64,000 nucleotides of DNA from an uncultured Chthonomonas sp. (GTDB lineage Bacteria; Armatimonadota; Chthonomonadetes; Chthonomonadales; CAJBBX01). The notes beneath the pieces are model-generated. The model had not been told where the DNA came from. It saw only the letters and a list, made by a program, of their open reading frames with translations, and searched no databases. Position 1 is the first letter of the stretch, and each line of letters begins with the position of its first letter. This document shows, in pieces, positions 60,101 through 64,000 of the stretch. Where the stretch lies: contig CAISJD010000072.1 of the NCBI GenBank assembly GCA_903885605.1, positions 39 to 64,038 of the forward strand, read 5' to 3'. The position numbers and the translations under genes were made by a program.

Positions 60101-60615
60101 GGGCCGTCGAGCCCCTCAAGCGCCTGCTGGAGGTTGCGCTTCTCGGTCCGCTCGGGCGCAACCTGCGGCAGCGGCGCGGCTCCCGCGGGCCGAACGGCGC
60201 ACTGATGCGTGGCGGGGTCGTAGGGGTCGGGGTTGAGGCAGATCTCGGTCACGCCATCGACGCGGATGAGGACGCACTCCTGCGTCAGGCGGCTCGCGAC
60301 GTCACATGCGAGCCGCCGAACATCGTCAATGTATTCGCTCAGCCCTGCGCTGTTGGTGCTACCCATCACGGCCGAGCACGCCTCGCTGGCCATCGTCCCA
60401 TCGTTGGCCATGTAGTCGCCCACCGTGGGCCGCATGCCGGCAAGGCCGTCGGCGTCAAGCGTGGTCCCGCCGAACCATCTGGCGATCAGCCGGCGCACTT
60501 CCTGCAGCACAACCTGGCGCACAGGTTCCGGCAGGGGCAGAGTGCATCGGCACTTAGTGGGAACAAGCAACTCAACGGAGTGTTGGTACCGGATGACCGA
60601 CGGCTGTGTCGACAT
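57148..60615 (-). CDS. Eco57I/type IIG-like N6-adenine DNA methyltransferase with TaqI-C-like TRD and extra N-terminal domain
   Basis: PFLNGGLF, DPEMLGTIFE, GSYYTP, DPACGSGAY, DIVVANPPYVRQE, ISSNKW, PKILYPEI, YLLGVLNS; CAGGAG RBS before ATG 60615. Confidence 0.92.
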   Translation of the reverse strand: MSTQPSVIRYQHSVELLVPTKCRCTLPLPEPVRQVVLQEVRRLIARWFGGTTLDADGLAGMRPTVGDYMANDGTMASEACSAVMGSTNSAGLSEYIDDVRRLACDVASRLTQECVLIRVDGVTEICLNPDPYDPATHQCAVRPAGAAPLPQVAPERTEKRNLQQALEGLDGPEALRRLFCGVLGYGHDDEAMPCTGLPEGAPLPRSVAEHNGFRVIWFPLTDERLSVKAERDAVTRMLDDDPTLRALFVFSNRSMDQWRLVNARYVAGDAAKPLLRRMAVACQTGRTAVDRLQAIAIAKIGEAADAAAIQAAHDRAFDVQAVTDGFYKEYEAVFRKVSDLVTGFGEGDEEDAARRLFTQHLFNRLMFVAFIEKKGWLRFGEDRDYLQALRRDYLKRPVPEGFYASRLRLLFFSGLNTPHGADLVGINGGGILTDLIGHVPFLNGGLFAETEAELNRAPGVPDEAVWDILDLYAGYNFTITESTTLDQEVAIDPEMLGTIFERLITDRHGSGSYYTPKPIVSYMCREALVGHLVARTGQTEEAARAFVYDHDPSAIGHIERVLAALSDLRVCDPACGSGAYLLGMLHELLDLRDALFVAHKVGAQEVYDRKLQIIGRNLYGVDLDPTAVNITCLRLWLTLAVEYAAGADETPPPLPNLDFKIRQGNSLTGPDPQAIASGHLALFHGVVEDYARAKAEYLKASEPGPKATAGAAVRAAREQIEAALGGGAASAGLNWFVEFAEVFADGNGGFDIVVANPPYVRQELISDQKPALKAVYGELHCGTADLYTYFYMRGVQVLLTGGVLAYISSNKWFRAAYGAKLRRYIAETCRVGRVTDFGELPVFAAAATFPMIFIASKGSPDGSAIYTQVTTLKPPYPDVAALNTMLGRPLPAGALAGERWTLAGSETADRLRKMDGSGPSLGEYIGGQVYRGVLTGLNAAFVIDGAKRRELVESDPRNDEIIKPLLLGRDIRRWAAENHDRWLITTAIGVDMVRHSAVMAHLCQWEDRLRARQDQGSHWWELRACSYYGLFDQPKILYPEIALEQRFAYDAAGGIYTNNKGFVIPTDDLYLLGVLNSADAWAYTSSCCAVLGDAGKRGRVMLQWVNLQRLPIPEASEADRAAIADLARRCVDARGVECEAWEREINARVEALYGL

Positions 60616-60679
60616 AAACCTCTCCTGAACCGGTGCGCTGAGGACTACCACCTAACTATAGCGCACCAAGCCGGACACC

Positions 60680-62122
60680 TCATCGCAGCGCCGGGAGCTT
60701 GACCACGGCCTCGACGTAGGGCGCCAGGTCGCGCACGTAGCCGCCCTGGATGACCCCTACGTAGAACTGGACGCCGCGCTGCCGGGTGGCCTGGCACTGG
60801 TCGGGCGTGGGCCGGCCGGTGTAGCCGTCGGTGAGGATGACGGCCCTGCGCGGCGTCTTGGCCCGGGGCAGGCCCAGCAGGTGATCGTAGACGCACTGGA
60901 TATCGGTGCCGCCCGTGGTCCGCACCCGGCCGGCGGCGAAGTCCTGCCTGGTGACCTCGGCGACCATGGTGCTGAAGAGCCGCACGTCAATGCTGCCGTC
61001 GCGCACCAGCGGACCCAGGGCGCTGAGGAGCCAGGGCAAGTCCGCAGACATCGACCCGCTCACATCCAGGTAGACGAACGCCGAAGCCGACGGCCTCAGG
61101 CGCGGGGCCGGGCGCACCACAGCGTCCTGGTAGAGCAGTTGATCGGTGTCCCACAGCTCGCCCTTGGCGGCTATGGTTCGGTCGCGGGCGGTGGGCTCGA
61201 ACGTCATGCGCTCAAACGTCCGCGGCTGGACCTCCCACGAGAGGGGTCCGTTGCGCTTACCGGAGGTGATGCCGGCGCGGCGCAGCAGGTCGCGCAGGGC
61301 CTCCAGGAACGAGGCTCGGGGCGGCTTCGGCTTGCCGAGGAGGAGCTCCTGCAGCTCTCGGAGGCCCAGCCCGGCCGCGCGGCTCAGCCCCTCCTGCGGC
61401 CACCTGGCCACGGCCTGTCCCAGCGCCGAGGAGACGAGTGGATCGCGCACGGCCGCCTCATCGGCCGGTCCGGACCCGTTGGGCCCGCTATGGTCGCCGA
61501 GGAGCGGCGGCTCGGATTCGCCGGCGCCCTCCGCGCCGTCGAACAGGGCGCGCACGTCGTCATAGGTCACCATGGAGGGAGAGCCTGCGGCGGAGGGCTC
61601 CTTGCCATAGAGCAGCCGCATCACGGCCGGCTCCCCCGGCCGTGCGGCGAAGGGAAGCACGCGGCGCGACAGATGCCAGCCCACCGGCGGCCGAAGGATG
61701 CGGTCGGGGAAGAGATCGGCCGAGTAGAGGCTGGTGAAGAGGTCGGTGTAGGCAGGCTCGGGAAACTGGCGGCAGAGGAGGGAGTTGATGACCGCGTCCA
61801 TGACGATGTTGTCCACGTCGGTGACGCGGGGCCACAGGCGCGTGTGGCCCAGCAGCACGTGGTAGAGCTCATGCATGATGAGCATGAAGAGCCGCTCGTC
61901 CGTGGCGCAGTGCTCCTCGATGAAGTCCGGGTTCACGAGCAATCGCGGCTGCGGGCCGGTCTCCACGGCGGCCGTCGCGCATCGGTCGTCGGCCACCACG
62001 TCGACGAGCGAGAGGAGCGTGAGCATCTCATAGCGGCCGGCCGGCAGGACGGACATGACGCGGGCGCGCATGCGCTGCGCTGCCTCGAGCCTCTCGGCTT
62101 CGGTAGTCACGGTGGCGCTCAT
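60680..62122 (-). CDS. DUF2201-like metallopeptidase-vWA protein
   Basis: TAAV..NPDF, HELYHVLLGH (HExxH), NIVMDAVIN; vWA MIDAS YLDVSGSM, TGGTD, ILTDG. Confidence 0.85.
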   Translation of the reverse strand: MSATVTTEAERLEAAQRMRARVMSVLPAGRYEMLTLLSLVDVVADDRCATAAVETGPQPRLLVNPDFIEEHCATDERLFMLIMHELYHVLLGHTRLWPRVTDVDNIVMDAVINSLLCRQFPEPAYTDLFTSLYSADLFPDRILRPPVGWHLSRRVLPFAARPGEPAVMRLLYGKEPSAAGSPSMVTYDDVRALFDGAEGAGESEPPLLGDHSGPNGSGPADEAAVRDPLVSSALGQAVARWPQEGLSRAAGLGLRELQELLLGKPKPPRASFLEALRDLLRRAGITSGKRNGPLSWEVQPRTFERMTFEPTARDRTIAAKGELWDTDQLLYQDAVVRPAPRLRPSASAFVYLDVSGSMSADLPWLLSALGPLVRDGSIDVRLFSTMVAEVTRQDFAAGRVRTTGGTDIQCVYDHLLGLPRAKTPRRAVILTDGYTGRPTPDQCQATRQRGVQFYVGVIQGGYVRDLAPYVEAVVKLPALR

Positions 62123-62619
62123 GCCTGCACCTGACCCAGGGCCACGGGCGTGCAGGGCGCGATGGGCTCGGGGATACGCACTACGCGGCCGAACAACCGG
62201 TCCCAGGTGAGAACGGGAGGGCGGTCGCGCAGGACCATCGAGCCCGTCAGCCGCGACAGCACGGCCACGCTCAGGGCGAGGTCGGTGCAGATGGGCACGT
62301 TCTCGAGGCCTGGCGCGCTCCCAGCGTCGGCGGCATGCACGATGTCGAGCCGGGCCGCGGCATCGCAGATGGCCTGCTGATCGCAGCCTACGCCGGCGGC
62401 CGCGTCGAGGAACCGTTGGACATCACACGAGAAGGCCTCGCGAACTGCGAAGAACAGCGCGTGAGGCGTCTTCGCGCCGCCGGGTACCAACCCGGCGGCC
62501 AGACAAGCGTAGTCGAGGTTGAAGCCACAGCCCATCCCATGCAGGTCCACGTTCGTATAGGGCCTGGCGTGCGGCTCGCTCCCCCCGCCCCACCGCGGGT
62601 AGGACCCTCCATGACACAT
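62119..62619 (-). CDS. Hypothetical protein, tandem paralog 2
   Basis: AAGGAGG RBS; shares YACLAAGLVP, FLDAAAG.GCDQQAI, TGSMVLRDRPPVLTW..LFGRVVRIPEP with 62687-63172; ATGA overlap with the vWA gene. Confidence 0.75.
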   Translation of the reverse strand: MCHGGSYPRWGGGSEPHARPYTNVDLHGMGCGFNLDYACLAAGLVPGGAKTPHALFFAVREAFSCDVQRFLDAAAGVGCDQQAICDAAARLDIVHAADAGSAPGLENVPICTDLALSVAVLSRLTGSMVLRDRPPVLTWDRLFGRVVRIPEPIAPCTPVALGQVQA

Positions 62620-62686
62620 TACACTGCCTCCTTCGCGGAGCCCGTTCGTCCGCGGCGTAGCCAACGCAGAACCCTCGATGCGGCGC

Positions 62687-63172
62687 TCACACCCGCACCG
62701 GATCCCAGGTTGCGCTTGTGCAGGGCACGATAGGCTCGGGAATCCGCACGACGCGGCCGAACAGCTGGGCCCAGGTGAGGACGGGAGGGCGGTCGCGCAG
62801 GACCATGGATCCCGTGTGACGGGACAGCACAGCCACCGTCAGGGCTACGTCGGTGCAGATCAGCACGCCATCGTGGAGGAACGCATGTTCAGTATCGACG
62901 ACGTGGACGATGCCAAGCCGGGACGCGGCCTCGCTGATCGCCTGCTGATCGCAGCCGATGCCGGCGGCCGCATCGAGAAACTTCCGGACATCACCCGAGA
63001 AAGTATCGCGGACCAGCTGATTCATTTCGGAATGTGTCTTTGCGCCGGCGGGCACCAGCCCGGCGGCCAGGCAGGCGTAGGCCAGGCAGAAGCGCGGTGT
63101 GCGCCGATGAAGGTCGACGCTGTAGTAGGGCCTCGGCAGGAAGCTGTGCGTGAAGAATGGCAACCCGGCCAT
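62687..63172 (-). CDS. Hypothetical protein, tandem paralog 1
   Basis: TGATG coupling with the ATPase stop, AGGAGG RBS. Confidence 0.75.
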   Translation of the reverse strand: MAGLPFFTHSFLPRPYYSVDLHRRTPRFCLAYACLAAGLVPAGAKTHSEMNQLVRDTFSGDVRKFLDAAAGIGCDQQAISEAASRLGIVHVVDTEHAFLHDGVLICTDVALTVAVLSRHTGSMVLRDRPPVLTWAQLFGRVVRIPEPIVPCTSATWDPVRV

Positions 63173-63999
63173 CACTGTGCCTCCTGTGAAGGGGTGTCGC
63201 AGCCGCATCGCAGGCGGTCCCATTGCTGCTCGAAATCGCTGCGGACCGCCCCCGGCGGGATGCCGGCGTTACCGACGACGAGCAGCCGGTTCAGGACATT
63301 GATGAGGTAGGCGGTCGCCAGCGTACCGGCGGCCAGGCCGTGCTCGAGCAGATCGTCATTCATCTTCTGGGCCCTCAAGTAGACTGAACGCGGCACCACT
63401 CCGGACTCGGTGGGAGCCGTGCCCGCAAACCCGAAGGAGACCGGAGCGACCCAAGCGGCCAGGGCCTCCCATGCCGTGGCGTGGAGGTGGCGGTCATGGC
63501 GGCAGGCCTCGTACATGGCCACGGCGGCGGGGAGCTTGCGTGCGTCCGGCGCCGAGCCGGCCAGACCGTCCAGGATCACCCGCGAGAGGGTGTCGTCGTC
63601 CATATCGTCGCGGCGGGCCACGGCCTCGAGGGCCCGGTCCAGCGGGTCCGTGATGGCCAGGATGGTGCGCCAGGGGTTGCGCTCGTCAAGCTGGGCGAGG
63701 GCCCAAGCCTGCCGGTGCGCGCCGAGCAGGTGGGCGGGGTCGGGCCCGGCGCCTGCGGCGATCTGCGGCAGGCTGTGGTTCAGCGACAGGAGGGCGGAGG
63801 TGTTCCAGTCCACGAGGAGCGCTTGCTCATCATCGACGGCGATGCCCAGCAGGGCGATGCGGGCGGCGTGTACCGCCAGGATGTTGCGGTGGATCATGGT
63901 GGCCCGGCGTGCGGAGATGGTGAGGCCCTTGCGGGCCAGTTGACTGACCACGGTGATGACGTAGTCGGTGAGGGCGGCCGGGGCGGCGCCTCGGAGGGC
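63172..63999 (-). CDS. C-terminal part of a probable MoxR-like AAA+ ATPase (start beyond window)
   Basis: Frame open to the window edge; ISARRATMIHRNILAVHAA resembles the sensor-2 lid of MoxR-type ATPases; adjacent to a vWA gene. Walker motifs lie outside the window. Confidence 0.6.
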   Translation of the reverse strand, partial: ALRGAAPAALTDYVITVVSQLARKGLTISARRATMIHRNILAVHAARIALLGIAVDDEQALLVDWNTSALLSLNHSLPQIAAGAGPDPAHLLGAHRQAWALAQLDERNPWRTILAITDPLDRALEAVARRDDMDDDTLSRVILDGLAGSAPDARKLPAAVAMYEACRHDRHLHATAWEALAAWVAPVSFGFAGTAPTESGVVPRSVYLRAQKMNDDLLEHGLAAGTLATAYLINVLNRLLVVGNAGIPPGAVRSDFEQQWDRLRCGCDTPSQEAQ

Positions 64000-64000
64000 C

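Noticed and set aside
53831-60615. Canonical DISARM or BREX call
   Set aside because: No DrmA/DrmB (DUF1998), PglZ or BrxC visible in the window.

Overview
High-GC bacterial chromosomal window. The lineage is probably Armatimonadota (inference from two DUF1559-type '[29 protein letters not shown]' prepilin-like genes and a GT9 LPS heptosyltransferase). The backbone is carbohydrate utilisation: GH95, GH29-like, GH78, beta-helix, SGNH esterases, ThuA-like, sugar isomerase, URO-D-family, AKR and LacI genes. Many small conflict modules are scattered through it: two unrelated ABC-ATPase + TOPRIM-like pairs, a HEPN-MNT pair, RelBE-like and HicB modules with truncated toxin remnants, and a low-GC TM-protein / STAND-ATPase-TPR / GNAT island. 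At the right end is a MoxR-AAA / two unknown paralogs / peptidase-vWA / N6-MTase / PLD-SNF2 helicase cluster. The most striking unexplained structure is that three integrase-free defence-like cassettes are each bracketed by 70-120 bp diverged direct repeats copied from the end of the neighbouring host gene, all with the same polarity. No rRNA, tRNA, CRISPR array or intact transposase/integrase was seen. All family calls come from motif recognition by eye, not database searches.
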